Of a stretch of DNA of 64,000 bases, positions 49,974 to 61,736 are shown piece after piece. Source of the DNA: Entomortierella parvispora E1425 (lineage: Eukaryota > Fungi > Mortierellomycota); contig BQFW01000015.1 of NCBI GenBank assembly GCA_020891255.1, positions 1,426,001 to 1,490,000 on the forward strand, in the 5' to 3' direction. How positions within the stretch are numbered: the stretch's first letter is position 1; every line of letters begins with the position of its first letter. The notes under the pieces were generated by a model. That model did no database searches. It was not told where the DNA came from and saw nothing but the letters and a program-made list of their open reading frames with translations. The position numbers were made by a program, and so were the translations under genes.

Positions 49974-51143
49974 TGCAACAGAAGTTGAGATGTTTTCTTG
50001 GGGTTGGTTTGGGAAGAGTGGAGGTGTTTGGGTGAGGAATGAGAAAGGGATGGAGAGAAGAGATGAGAAGAGAAGGAAAAAAGAAAAAGGGAAAAAAGGA
50101 TTTGGGGCAACGAAACTAGTTTGAGAGCAAATGAAAACAGGGCGACGCTCGCCACAGTGGGAAGAATCTGGGCATTCTTCCCACGGACAAGCCGTCCGTC
50201 TCTTTTTTTTTGTTTTTTTTTGTTTGTGTTGTTTACCCTGTCCATGTCCTCGCCATGCTGTTTCGCTACAGGGCGCCCATTTGCTTGCCCTCCCGTTGGG
50301 TCCACAGGACAGCTAACAGGGCGCTGGGATGGGATGAAGAACACAACACCCCCCCGTTCATTTCGTTCTTCTTGATGCCCTTGCTGCTGAAAAGACCTCG
50401 ATCACTTCTCCTCTCCTCTGACTCTCTCAATGTCCGAGCTGTTTGTCCAGTGTTCGCACCCCACTCCAATCAGATGGCGTCAACGTGATTGGGTTCACTC
50501 GGGAGCAGGGAGTCCCTCGCTGTGCGGGGTTAGGATTTTGCCCTTGTCCACTCGCATCCGCTAAAAAATGCCGACTCCCGGGAGGGTAAGAAGGAAAGGA
50601 GGGAAAGCGAGGGCAAGAAACTAAGAAAGGTGAGCTGAGCCCAGTTCTCGCTTAAAAGTCCAGCCTAGCACTGTTTGATCAACCACTCCTTTCAATGGTT
50701 TGTGTCTCGAGAATATCTGTTGGTACAGGTTTCTCAGACCCGCATACCTTCCAAGAGAGCACAACGTTGCAATTGGTAACAAATAACAGCAGCTGGATTT
50801 CTTTGCCGCATTCAGCGCAGCACAGGCTCAAGATCCAGCGCAACTCTACATCAAGCCATTCGATATCATTCTTCTGGAGATGCACAAACTCATGAGGGTC
50901 GCAGTAGATAGTAGATAGGTGGAAACGTTTGCAAGTGAACGACTACGGTTTTAATAAGCGATTTACGAGTGCTATTTCGCGGTACACAGAAGACACCGAT
51001 GATGGATACAGCCAACGACCATGCAGAGGGAGAAAGTGAGTGAGAATACAGAGAAAAGAGGTTAGAAGACATGATCTGTAGAGGTAGGAAATGACCAGTG
51101 ATTAACTTTGAAAGTGAAAGTGAAAGTGAACACATACCATCGT

Positions 51144-52529
51144 TTACTTCTTGGCAACAGCAGCCTTGGCCTTCTTGGTGCCACGGAGCTTCTTGCTGCG
51201 GTTCTTGCGCTCCTTGCGCTGCTTGCGGGAAGCCTTCTTGATCTCCATAAGACCGTGCTAATAGAGGAGAATACGATTTGATTAGTCCACTGATATCGGC
51301 AGAGATTTGGACAAAATGTCCACAGAGTCCACTCCTGGGAATGAGACTCCATTGCATTGCTCCATTCACCAATGACAAGTTGGTATACAAAAAGTCCACC
51401 CGGTCCATTGATCTTCAAGCAGATTCAAAGCATTGGGCATCGACTTTTTTCCCTCCCGTTCCTGATTTCAGTTTCCATGCTGTCCGTGCGCGAATACTGC
51501 TGCTGTTCTTGTTGTTCCTGTGTTCAGTCCAGTATGGCCGATTCCTGTTCCCTCCTAGTAGATGTGCGGTCATTTTGAGAGAGATACATACACGGACGAG
51601 GCGGTACTTGGGCTCGAACTTCTTGGCAGACTCCAAGTTGTCGTAGATCAAGGCGAAGCCAGTCGACTTTCCACCACCGAAGGCGGTGCGGAAACCGAAG
51701 CAGAAGACAACCTCCTTGTCGACCTTGTACATCTTGGCGAGCTTCTCGCGGAGCTCATCCTTGGAGATGTTGGCACGAGCAGGGTGGATGATATCCACGA
51801 CCTAAAGTACATTGGTGCAAATAAAAGGGTCGTTATAAGTCAAATGGTCCTTCTTTCCAGTCCAGTAGAGATATGGTTCCTCGTCACTGAATTCACTGTC
51901 AAAAACAGTATCCTAAAGCTTTTGGTTTCTTTGGCATCGCGGAGCAGGGCCCTAGATGAAAGTTTCGTCTTACCATTTGCTTTCTGGCCAAAAGGCGGTT
52001 GGTCAAGAACTTGCGGGTTCTGATGGTAGCAGTGGAATCAGCCTAATAGTCGAAGTTGTTGAGAGACAGATGTCAGTTCTGATGCATCATAACGACAGCA
52101 TGAGAATTCATACGACATTGGTCCTGCTTCCTGATTAAGAGCCCTCCTTGGAAATAAATGAAAGTCGATGAAGGCGTGATGATGGTTGACATTCCTGCAT
52201 TGACCCACTTGTTGACTTTAATGGCGAAGGTCGCCATTACGGAGGCAAATGTCTGTTGACATGGGGTTTCTTTGAAGTAAAAGCAATCATGATGCATGAG
52301 GTGTCATCATGAAGTCTCCATGCATGTCTCCATGTTCCGATTTCCAGACTTCAAGTGGTCGATAGGTGATGATGCTGTCTCTAGAAGAACGGCGTTCTCG
52401 ATAGATCGATAGAGGGATTGATGGATGGTCCTTCATCTCGGTGCATCCTGGATGTCCTTGATCCCATGTCCTAGAAGCCCTTCTGAAGCAGTGTCTGTGA
52501 CTGCCAAATCTACTGGCTGGGTGTACCAT
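51144..52529 (-). CDS. RPS24: 40S ribosomal protein eS24
   Basis: ATG|intron, [23 protein letters not shown]|[30 protein letters not shown]|[20 protein letters not shown]. Confidence 0.96.
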
Positions 52530-52962
52530 TGTTAATGATCAAAAGAGGAAGATTTGTGTGTCAGGACCTCACAGGGTAAAAATGCTCAGGTGGCTTTGCC
52601 TGCTCAAAAAATTGGCTCTCTCGCCCTGCAAACTTGTTCAGACCCACTTACAGAGATCCTTCATCGAACATACCGCCTGTTGGACACACATGTTCATATC
52701 TCGATCCAGGTACAACACCGAGTCCCCGCAGTTTACTATCATGTCATTCAGATCTCACCATTTCTCCAGCTATACAACAACTCTAGATAGTTTGTTGAAG
52801 CCACAACGTCAAGCTTTCTAACAATGACCATTACAATATCTTCAAAACAAGGAGCATCCTTCAGCACAGAAACCCATAGCCAAATTAGATAATACAGATC
52901 GGTGAAGAAAAAAAAAGTGTATTATTTCTTTCTTTCTCGAAGGTTTATTGCTGCGTTATTGC

Positions 52963-53860
52963 TTAAGCGCGACGAGCACGGGCAGCGAGCTGGCGAGCGT
53001 TGAGCTTGGGCTTCTTGGCCTCAACCTCACGCTTGACACCCTCGTTCTCCTCAGCGAGAATGATCTCGATGTGGCAGGGGGAGGACATGTAGGGGTTGAT
53101 GCGACCGTGAGCACGGTAGGTGCGGCGACGCTGGCGGGGAGCCTGGTTAACCTGGATGTGCTTGATGACAAGAGCCTCCTGCTCCAAGCCCTTGACCTGT
53201 AGATCAATTAAAAATGAAGGAATCATGTGAGTATTCAGCTCGAACTTGAGATCTTATAAGGACATTTGTAGCCAGTATGCTGTCAACATCCAAAAGTCTC
53301 TTTCCAATTGAATTGGGTCAACTTTCAGTTCTGCCTCTCCTCTTGATCCAGTCAAATAGAGAATCATTCACCCTCATAGGCTGAACTCGAAAAAGGCCGT
53401 CCAAATGCCTGTGCACACTTTTTATCATCGTGGATTTACCTCGGCGTTGGACTCGGCGTTCTTGAGCAAGTCCAAAACGAACTCGCAAGACTTGGCGGGC
53501 CAGCGGGCCATGGTCATACCGAAGGGCTTGGCCTGGGCAGTGCGACCGATACCGCCGTTGAAGCGACGGAAAGGAATGGCCTGCTTGTGCTCCTTGACAT
53601 CCTCGAGGTAGGTGAGGGCCTTGGTGAGCTTCATGCCGGAGATGGCAGCAGCGACCTCACGGGTGTTCTTGAAGTGAACACGGAGGTAGGAGCCGCGCGA
53701 CAAGGCAGCTAATGAATGAGCAGATCGCCAACGTTAGCAAAAAAAAACTTTTTTGCCATAATCCTTCCTGAAGACGATATTCCTGCCCAAAGTGATGCTC
53801 TTCCTGTGTTGGTGACTTACTCTTGGAGCTGTTGGCTGGGGTGGCAGCGTATCTAACCAT
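52963..53860 (-). CDS. RPL17: 60S ribosomal protein uL22 (L17)
   Basis: [13 protein letters not shown]|..[29 protein letters not shown]|[26 protein letters not shown]. Confidence 0.96.
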
Positions 53861-53866
53861 TTTGTC

Positions 53867-54460
53867 CTAAGTGAATCAAAAGATGTCGGTCGATTAGATG
53901 TCTGTTGTGATGCAAGATGGACTCGTCTTGATGTAGGACTCCTGTCGTATCCAGTCAATGTAAGATCCAGTTCGTTTGATTGAAAGATGGCCTCTCGTCT
54001 GATCAGAAATTGAGCTCTCCAATTGATGCCAAAGTTCAAATTGTCAAAGGATGTCTCTGATCGCTTCAATCAAGATGCTGGATTGACGAAGGATTCTGTT
54101 GCAGCTGACACATCGAGCGAGCCAGATCTCTCAATCGGTCTAGACATCGTTGGGGTTGTTGAAGTTTTGAACTCAGGATCCACGAGGGCTGGATTGAGAT
54201 TGTAGAGCTGCATGGTCTTTTTTGACAAATGGAAGTTGGGTTCATTTCCTGCAATCTGACAAAGTAATGTCCATTTTTTCTGGTTGGGTATGGTCGATGG
54301 TGGTCTGACAGCAGTTCTCCTCCGAGAGGCATGCCGACAGATGGCTGTGGTGTCCTGTTGTATCGATGGATGCATGGGTTGGTGCATGGTGAGGGTGGAT
54401 GGGTCGGATCCAAGTGCATGAAGTTCCGTGACTGCGCATCCGAATCAGAGGTCTCTATAC
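53867..54460 (-). other. Probable 594-nt intron in the RPL17 5' UTR
   Basis: Acceptor TCTAAT..TTCACTTAG ends 6 nt before the ATG. Donor AG|GTATAG at 54460 lies just after a (CT)n TOP-like tract at about 54475-54488. Confidence 0.55.
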
Positions 54461-54705
54461 CTAAAGGTTGGATTAGAGAGAGAGAGGGATCCGTGATTCG
54501 CAGCCAGCCACGGATTAAATCAAATTTCAGTGGCGCGTCCCCGTGGCTTTGGTGCTGTCGGTGTTTCTGCTTCGGTGAGGGCAGAAAACGCGCCCATTCA
54601 TTCAATGCTTCACATGCATTGCCTGCTGTACATTCGCTCGTGCTGCGTCTGCTTCTTTTTTTGCTACCATCATCTTCATCCCCTCGTACCACTTCCCTTA
54701 TGCCC

Positions 54706-56403
54706 ATGAGCACCTTACTACCCACAGACCCAGAAGAGGTGCAGGCCGCCATCAAGAAGAACCAGAATGCACTTCAAGACATTGAGCACATGATCACTTC
54801 GGTACGATAGAACTGTTTATGTTCGCCGCCAGCGTATTCTCTAAGCAATCTAACCTTCGCTCTGTAATGATAGTTAAATGATGTTCGTTCGTCAGTTCAT
54901 CATATTTTTCATATCCTTCAAGGACGGGCAGGTTAGATCAAGATGTCATTAATCGAATGCTGGCCCTGTTATCACTGTCGAGAACTAACGATATGGCAAA
55001 CCAACAATAGAACTAGAATCAGGAGCCGCATTTCGGGAGCATGCAAAGTTCACTTATACAGCACTGGAATGTCTTACAAAATTAGCGCTGAGCTCAGATG
55101 GTACGAGTCATTTCTCGGCACAGTATCCACTGCCTCTGGAATGAATGTCGCTCGATCTAATCTTTATTTTTCATGACATAGCCCAATTGAATGATGCTCA
55201 GGCACTGGAATTGCCTAAACTACAAGGGCCTTCACCGATGTAAATCTTGGAGAAATAACTCCTGGAGTGCACTGCAGATTCAGACAACAAGTTAACCTGG
55301 GGTGCCATCCTTTCTGCCGATTTAATAGATCGCTCGAGTCAAAACAAAAAGAGGCGCAAAACGAAAGGAATTCAGATGAGTATGGCTACTGAGCATTCAG
55401 GGTCTATGCTTACAAGAGATCTATACTGTAAATTGACACTCAACTTCCCTCCTCAAATTTGATATTAGATCGAGTATACGAGGAGCAGGACATTCGGCAG
55501 ATGAAGCAAGCGACGCCAAAAAACAGGAGTATCTACTGTATGAGAACAAAATGGCATCACAGAGTTTGATACCCACCCTTATTCCGAAGCACTGCTGAAC
55601 GATCTAATGAATGACTGCTGTACTTTGCTGTAGACTTTCCATCGATGACACTATTCGGTGGTTTACTCGATCCATGAAAAAAGCCGGGCGAAAAGTTTAC
55701 GCGACAAGACCAGAAGTCCAACCGTCATTACCTTTTGCCACAGTAAAGGTAAAAACTAGTATCAGGGTTTTTTCTTCTCTCTTGGCCTACGCTCCCCCTA
55801 ACTCACACTTCTCTGACTTGTGTAGGTCAATGTCGCCGGCGTAATGAATGTGATTATTGTTATGGAAACAAACAAGAGGGGACGATGCATTAGTATATCT
55901 CGACTAGCAGTGTTTGGGGCTGGAGAAGAGGTAAATGGGCGAGTCCTAAATTCAGGTGGAATTGATGAGGCTTGCGGTCATAATGAGTCTAGATAGCTGA
56001 CCATATCTTGTTTTTCTTTTTTTTTTCTAGACATCTGTATGGGAGGACTCGAGTCATCTGGTGTTCAAAAAGATTTCACAAGTTGCAGTCGGTGCGATTG
56101 ATCACTTCATGGCTCAGGAGCCAAGATCCTTACTGGGTCTTGTTTTGGTACTTGCAGATACAGCGTCGGTTGAGTAGCGTGTTTATGATTCCAGAGAAGA
56201 CCTGTCACTAATAGTCTCCATTCTTTATTTAATGGTAGGAATGGATCTCAAATTACGGAACATTATTCACAGCCCCTTGTATGGACTGCAAAAAGCATCT
56301 CTATTTCGACTCTCAACAGTTTAAGCATCTGCCACCTACGCTTTATACCTACAGCGATAAGTCTCCATCGGGACGGCCCTATCATTTACAATGTTATTCT
56401 TGA
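54706..56403 (+). CDS. MED27: Mediator subunit 27
   Basis: About 10 small exons. LNDVRSSVHHIFHILQG resembles human ALRSSVSRVF. Also VNVAGVMNVIIV..SRLAVFGAGEE|TSVWEDSSHLVFKKISQVAVGAIDHF, and the C-terminal zinc site EWISNYGTLFTAPCMDCKKHL..LPP..YHLQC. The middle exons are approximate. Confidence 0.8.
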
Positions 56404-57528
56404 ATGAAGCGCCTGACTCTGCCCATTTATCCGGGACGGCGAGGAATTTGACCGCATCTCTGGAAATTTATGAATAGACCACTTTTTGAAAAGATAAACG
56501 ATCGTTTTCATTATTCAATTGCATTCCGGAAGGGTGCTCATCGATGCACATCTGCACTCATGCTGGCGAGGTCAGTTTTATGGCTCGGGGTGTAGTTTTT
56601 AAGGGACATTTGCGCTCTTCCGCAGATTGGTCCTTTAGATCCTGCATAGCACGTCTCCGTTTGGTGGGCGAGCCCTGGAAGTGTTGAGGGGCGGTGAGGT
56701 ATGGTGCCATCGCTACTTGTGATCACACAACCAATTTCTAATGGGTCGCAGTGGTGGTGTGCATAGGAGCGAAAGAAAAAAATCGTGCACGTTTGGCACC
56801 GTTCTTGCTTTTGCTTGTGGTTGCACAAGAGCTGCACATGCCAAGCGCAAAAAAAAAAAAAAAAAAAGCAAGCAGTTGGTGAGGGGCAAACAAAATCACC
56901 TCGGTCAAGCACGAAATCGCGTCATCTTGTGCCATTCTTTTGTGCAAGCAAGGGCAAAGTTGTGCCTTTTTGGTACATATTTCGGTGAACAGTAAACAAA
57001 AACGTAAAGGATGAAGGCAGACTTCAAGGTGAAGAAAAAGATGGACCTTGCGATCGGAAGAGACGCCACCTTTTGATTTGTTCAATTGTTGATTGTTCCA
57101 CGTCCATGGCAATCTCCGGAGCAGTAATCGAGATTTTTTTTATTCCAGATTTCTAATTTCATCTGTGCATTTGCGGCAAACACCGAAAAATGAGCAATGA
57201 TGGTCCATCGATGGCGCCATCGGTCACAAGAATATCGCCAAACCTAAAACGGACACAAACAAACAAACCAAAAACCAGGGTGAACCCTCCATCCTCGACG
57301 AAATTTTCGAGTTCGTTCGTTTTGGAGATGATCATTGTAGAGAACACGGACTCTTTGGCAGTTCTTCATGGGAACTTGATGTAAAAAGCACTTTTATTAC
57401 TTTGTGAGTCGTTGTCATTGAATAGTAGGGGGGAATATGAATGTGTATGTACAATGGATGGTATTACAAGAGGAAGGAAAGCCAGCAAGCGACCACATCC
57501 CATGGGAAAGGACAGAACAGTATCCACC

Positions 57529-58830
57529 TTACTGGGAGGCATTCTCCTCTTCATCAGATCGAGGCGCTGCGCGGCGCCGGGATTTGGGTTTCCGCTCCAC
57601 CCCGCGTTGCTGCTGCTTCGACTTCTTGAGATCGGAAGCCGAGGCCATATGGAAATCGCGGTCGTCCTCATCATCGTCTCCAACCAGGTTGCCAATGCCA
57701 TCCTCATCATCGTCAACATCAACATCGTAGTCATCCCCGACAAGGTCATCGCTATCACTGTCAATAGCTGCCTTTTTCGAGGCCGAACCATTGCCGCGAC
57801 GTTCACGGCCAACTTCTCGAAGACGCTTTAGCACCTTCTCGGCCACGAGACGACCCTTGAGTTTCTCGACCAAGTTCTTCAGTTGGGTGTTCTCGGTGCG
57901 GGTCTCGTCCAATTGACGGGTCAGGACATTATTCTTGTCGAGCAGATGCGCGATCTGCTCCTTCATCTCCCCAGATTGATAGTGTTTCTTGGCACGGTAT
58001 TTTGCAGAGGCGGCCTTGTTCCGTTCTCGACGGTCGTTGGCCGACAACGGTGGTCCTCCCATGGGATCATGACCATGGTCGTTTTGCTGCTGTTGTGGGT
58101 GAGGATAATGCTGCATTGAGTTGGACGGGGAAGGAGAAGGGGATCCAGTTGACTGAGGCGATTCGTGGCGATAGGAGTGGGCTCGATCGTCAGCACTACT
58201 GCTTGCGCGACGCTGTTCCTGATGCTGCTGGTGGTGATGATGTGGGTGTGCACGGGGGTCATGGTGTGAGTTGTGGTGGTAGCTAGCAGGCATGGCTGGA
58301 TAATGATTTGAGGAGTCGATAGGACTTTGAGGGGAGAGTGGAGGGAGGGTCAGAGGAGGAAGAGTCGCTGGAGGAGAGTACGACAGTCCTCTGTGTGCGG
58401 CCCTGGGAGGGGATGGGGCATAGGGATGATGCCTCGAAGTCGTCGAGTTCGCTGGACCTGCCGCTGTCTTTGTTGGGAAAGGAAGGGTATGCTTTTGAGA
58501 GAGATCGGTGGAGTTGGATCTTTGAGAATAGGGCGGCGATGGTGCCTGATAGGGCGCTTGATGATACGCTGTCTGACCGTGTTCACTGTAGTGGTGGTGA
58601 TGTGGCGAAGTGCTGCTGGCGTTGTGCCCGCCGTTGCTGGTGGAGATGAAGAGGGAAGGGTGCAAAGGCTCGATCGGCGAAGCCTGAGCAGCGTTGGACT
58701 TGGGCTCGTGTGCCAAGGTAGGCGAGTTTGATTCAGGCTCGAGACCATACGAGTGGTGCTGCTGCGGGTGATGATGCATCCGAGCGTGGGTCTGGAAGGA
58801 GACGTTTGTTGAAGGCAAAGCTAGAGACAT
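57529..58830 (-). CDS. bZIP transcription factor (intronless)
   Basis: Basic region ERRERNKAASAKYRAKK and zipper IAHLLDKNNVLTRQLDETRTENTQLKNLVEKL; His/Pro/Ser-rich N-terminus. TATAAAT at 59013-59019; no upstream ATG seen in the leader. Confidence 0.9.
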   Translation of the reverse strand: MSLALPSTNVSFQTHARMHHHPQQHHSYGLEPESNSPTLAHEPKSNAAQASPIEPLHPSLFISTSNGGHNASSTSPHHHHYSEHGQTAYHQAPYQAPSPPYSQRSNSTDLSQKHTLPFPTKTAAGPANSTTSRHHPYAPSPPRAAHRGLSYSPPATLPPLTLPPLSPQSPIDSSNHYPAMPASYHHNSHHDPRAHPHHHHQQHQEQRRASSSADDRAHSYRHESPQSTGSPSPSPSNSMQHYPHPQQQQNDHGHDPMGGPPLSANDRRERNKAASAKYRAKKHYQSGEMKEQIAHLLDKNNVLTRQLDETRTENTQLKNLVEKLKGRLVAEKVLKRLREVGRERRGNGSASKKAAIDSDSDDLVGDDYDVDVDDDEDGIGNLVGDDDEDDRDFHMASASDLKKSKQQQRGVERKPKSRRRAAPRSDEEENASQ

Positions 58831-59999
58831 GATATTTGCAAAGGTGGGTGGTACCCGTGGAAGAGTTGCCGTGGAACTGGAGAGAGGCTGAAGGGAGTGA
58901 AGCAGGGCAAATACAGAAAAGAGAGTGAAGAGGAGAAGAGAAGAAAGAAAAGAGTCGAGGGATCGAAGAAACAGAAATCAAAAAAAAAAAAAGTGATGAG
59001 GGCAAGGCCAGTATTTATAGGATTTATAATTTATTATGGATTTTTTATTGGCACTTTTTCAATGATTATTAATTGAATCGACTTCAATAGGGATGTCGCA
59101 GAGGACGCGTGTTTGCCTGTTGTTGTCTGCAACACGGCCCCATGGACTATGATAATACTCTCTCGCTACTTACTGTCGACAGAGCGGCCTTATCTCCACC
59201 TTTCACTCGCCTGTGGCAAAAATGTGCTGTCGGATGACGCGAGAATCGTGCGAGCACACACCACTCTTTCATTGTTTTGGGCTCGTTATCCAACTTACCG
59301 TTGGTAGACCACTTTGTCGTCCCCCTTGCTCCTTCAGAGTTTTCCCCCAAGGAGGTCCAGAGCCTTCTATCCCCTTTCCCCTTCTCGCCCTCGCAAAAAA
59401 TTTCTACATCAAATTTTCTCTCTGGAGGATTGAATAGCATCTGGGCGAGTCAACTCAATTGAGAAGCGAATAGATAGCACATTTGACAAACTGTGCAAAG
59501 ACCAGCGGCAAGAAGGTCCGAAATTGCGTGCAATGGCGCCACCGTCGTCAGAAAATTGTGAATCTGCCCATATTTGGATGGTTCGTCAGCGACGATGCTC
59601 CTTTTACCCTCATCCAATGATGAGTGCTTCTTTGCCTTTGTGAAGCAACCGCGCCTATTCTCTACTGTGCCTTTCGAGATGACCTCCTTCTTCATCAAAG
59701 GGCGAGCTTATTCACACGAGGACGAGGTGTCTGCTTGTCCGAGGCGCTTTGTCCAAGCGTTCGAGCTTTCGATTCAGTCATGTGACATATTGCACGTGAT
59801 CTAATTTCACTTTTTTTCGGCGGCTCCTGACATGCGTTTTCTTGCATTCTCTTCATCACATCCCATCTCCTTCACTTGACACCATTACGCATTTTCAAAC
59901 TGTCTGAACTACTGTTTTCTCGTTCTTCCCCTCCCCTCCTCCCCCAAAACTACTAAAAAAAAAAAAAAATCCAAAAAAAAGAAACTACCTCTCTCAACA

Positions 60000-60859
60000 A
60001 TGTTGCTTGAAATCTCCTGTGCTTCCGACTTTTTGTGCCGGTTCCTCTCGGCTTCGTCCTCCTGCACCCCCCAGATCATTGAGGACTTCAAGAAGCAGAC
60101 TGCCGCCTTGATGCAGGAAAAGTACACTGATCACTGGGATCCCCAGAGACCTCATTATGGCAATGGCTACAGGGCCATCACTTCTTTTGGTGGCAAGGTG
60201 GACCCTCTTTTGTGCCAGGTAAACCACTTGTACTCAAAAAGATTAGTGAGGTTATCCTTCCTTGAGAGTTTGAGCAACCAAGAAAATAAGCACCGCCATC
60301 GCTGTGCCAGATGTTGGGAATTACCTCTCTTCAGCTTGGAGCTTCTTGCTTGGAGCGCCGCTGCGGTTAATGCATGGTTCCAATTGGAAGCTACCCTTCA
60401 GGCAAAAGACGAGAAACCGAACTCCGCCCTGCCATTTCTAGTTCTAACAAAAAGCTCTTTCTCCTTTTTTGCCTAACGTCATTCTTCTTTTTGCAGGCTG
60501 CCCAGAACTCGTCACTGCCGATGGAGACCTTGCAGGGCCTGATTCCAAAGGACTTGGTGCTTTGGGTCGAGCCTTTTGCTGTATCTTTCAGAGTAGGCGA
60601 CCATGGATCAATCAACACCATCTATGACGGATCCCGTGGAAAGATCTCGATGAAGGCAGACAATGGTCCCATCCAGCAAAAGGTTCTTGGACGACCCTCA
60701 CATGCGGCACGGATCTCGCCACCTCCTTCTCCCCCCAACCAGCCTGCCAGGATTTCTCATGCGATCCCCATCACGAGTCCCTTGACAAAGAGCCAGATCA
60801 TCACGCCAAGTGCCACTCCGTCCCCCCCTGCGTCAAAGATTTCGATCATGGCGCTGTAG
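60000..60859 (+). CDS. BTG/Tob (APRO) family protein
   Basis: MLLEISCASDFL; Box A KYTDHWDPQRPHYGNGYRAI; Box B LIPKDLVLWVEPFAVSFRVGD. Intron 60219-60496. Confidence 0.9.
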
Positions 60860-61736
60860 ACGGCATTCTCCTCTGGACCTCCCTCCTCCCATCTGTTTTA
60901 TTCTTCAACCCTCTTTTTTTTCTTCTTTTGCTTGTGTCCTTCGTTCTCTTCCCCTTTCACGGACATTGAGGCTTTCGACGTATCAACAAAACAAAAAATC
61001 AACAAAAAGAATCTACTCTGCAGACGGTCCAATCGCCAAAAAAAAAGCAACAGCAACAGCAAAAAAAAAGAAAAAAAAGGACCATATACTATTTATCGAC
61101 ACCACCAACCCCAGCAAACCAGCGAGGCAACGGTGTTCCCCAATATTCCCGGAGAAAAAGGTCTTCCCCAGCACATTGCGCAGAGGATACCTCAGAACTC
61201 CACCCTGTATTTTTTTTATTCTTTTTCTTGCGGTTTACCCATTTTTTTTCCCCATTGTTCAATCGTGTAGTGTTTCTCTCTCTTTGTTCTTTTGCCTTGT
61301 TGTCGTTGTAGCATTTGTTCTTGTAGTTCTATGTTTTGTACACTTATTTCATTTCTCAATAAAGTGCTGCTACCGGGGAGGTCCTGGTCAGCCACTTCAT
61401 CCTTTTTCCTTGACGCCAGAAACCGTGGCGCTACCGTAGAGAGACGAGACTGACTCTGCCGACTACAGCCTACAGCCTACAGCCACCCACAGGGGTGCAG
61501 ATTGATCATTGATGAAATGGGAAATCAAATTTAAAAATAGCAGGGCAGGGCAGGGCACCGCCACGAACGGGCCAGGCACCCCAGTCAGGACGCGGCTTTC
61601 TTTCCCTTTTGCTCATTTTCATTCTTTCCTTGGTCGCTTTCATTTGTCCTCTTTCACTGCCCATTCCTTCATTGATTCATTCTCCTCTCCCCTGGCTTCA
61701 TTCCGTGCTCATCCTGCATGCGCCCCATCCTGCACA

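Noticed and set aside
52074-52312. ATGATGA and CTGA in RPS24 intron 1 as a C/D snoRNA
   Set aside because: The CTGA is part of the branch site (CTGAC, about 30 nt from the acceptor) and the spacing is too long.
54070-54387. 105-aa ORF between RPL17 and MED27
   Set aside because: It lies inside the probable RPL17 5' UTR intron and has no domain or coding-like composition.
55241-55258. Two in-frame TAA codons in an apparently continuous MED27 frame (PM*ILEK*LLEC), suggesting recoding, editing or a pseudogene
   Set aside because: Two canonical 89-nt GT-AG introns (55240-55328 and 55380-55468) remove both stops and restore the frame.
58831-59020. Possible GCN4/ATF4-style uORF control of the bZIP gene
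   Set aside because: No upstream ATG between the TATA box and the start codon.
59770-59860. GTGATGA...CTGA pair on the - strand about 86 nt apart (C/D snoRNA-like)
   Set aside because: Only a 3-bp terminal stem, no recognisable rRNA-antisense guide, and it sits in the BTG promoter; likely chance.
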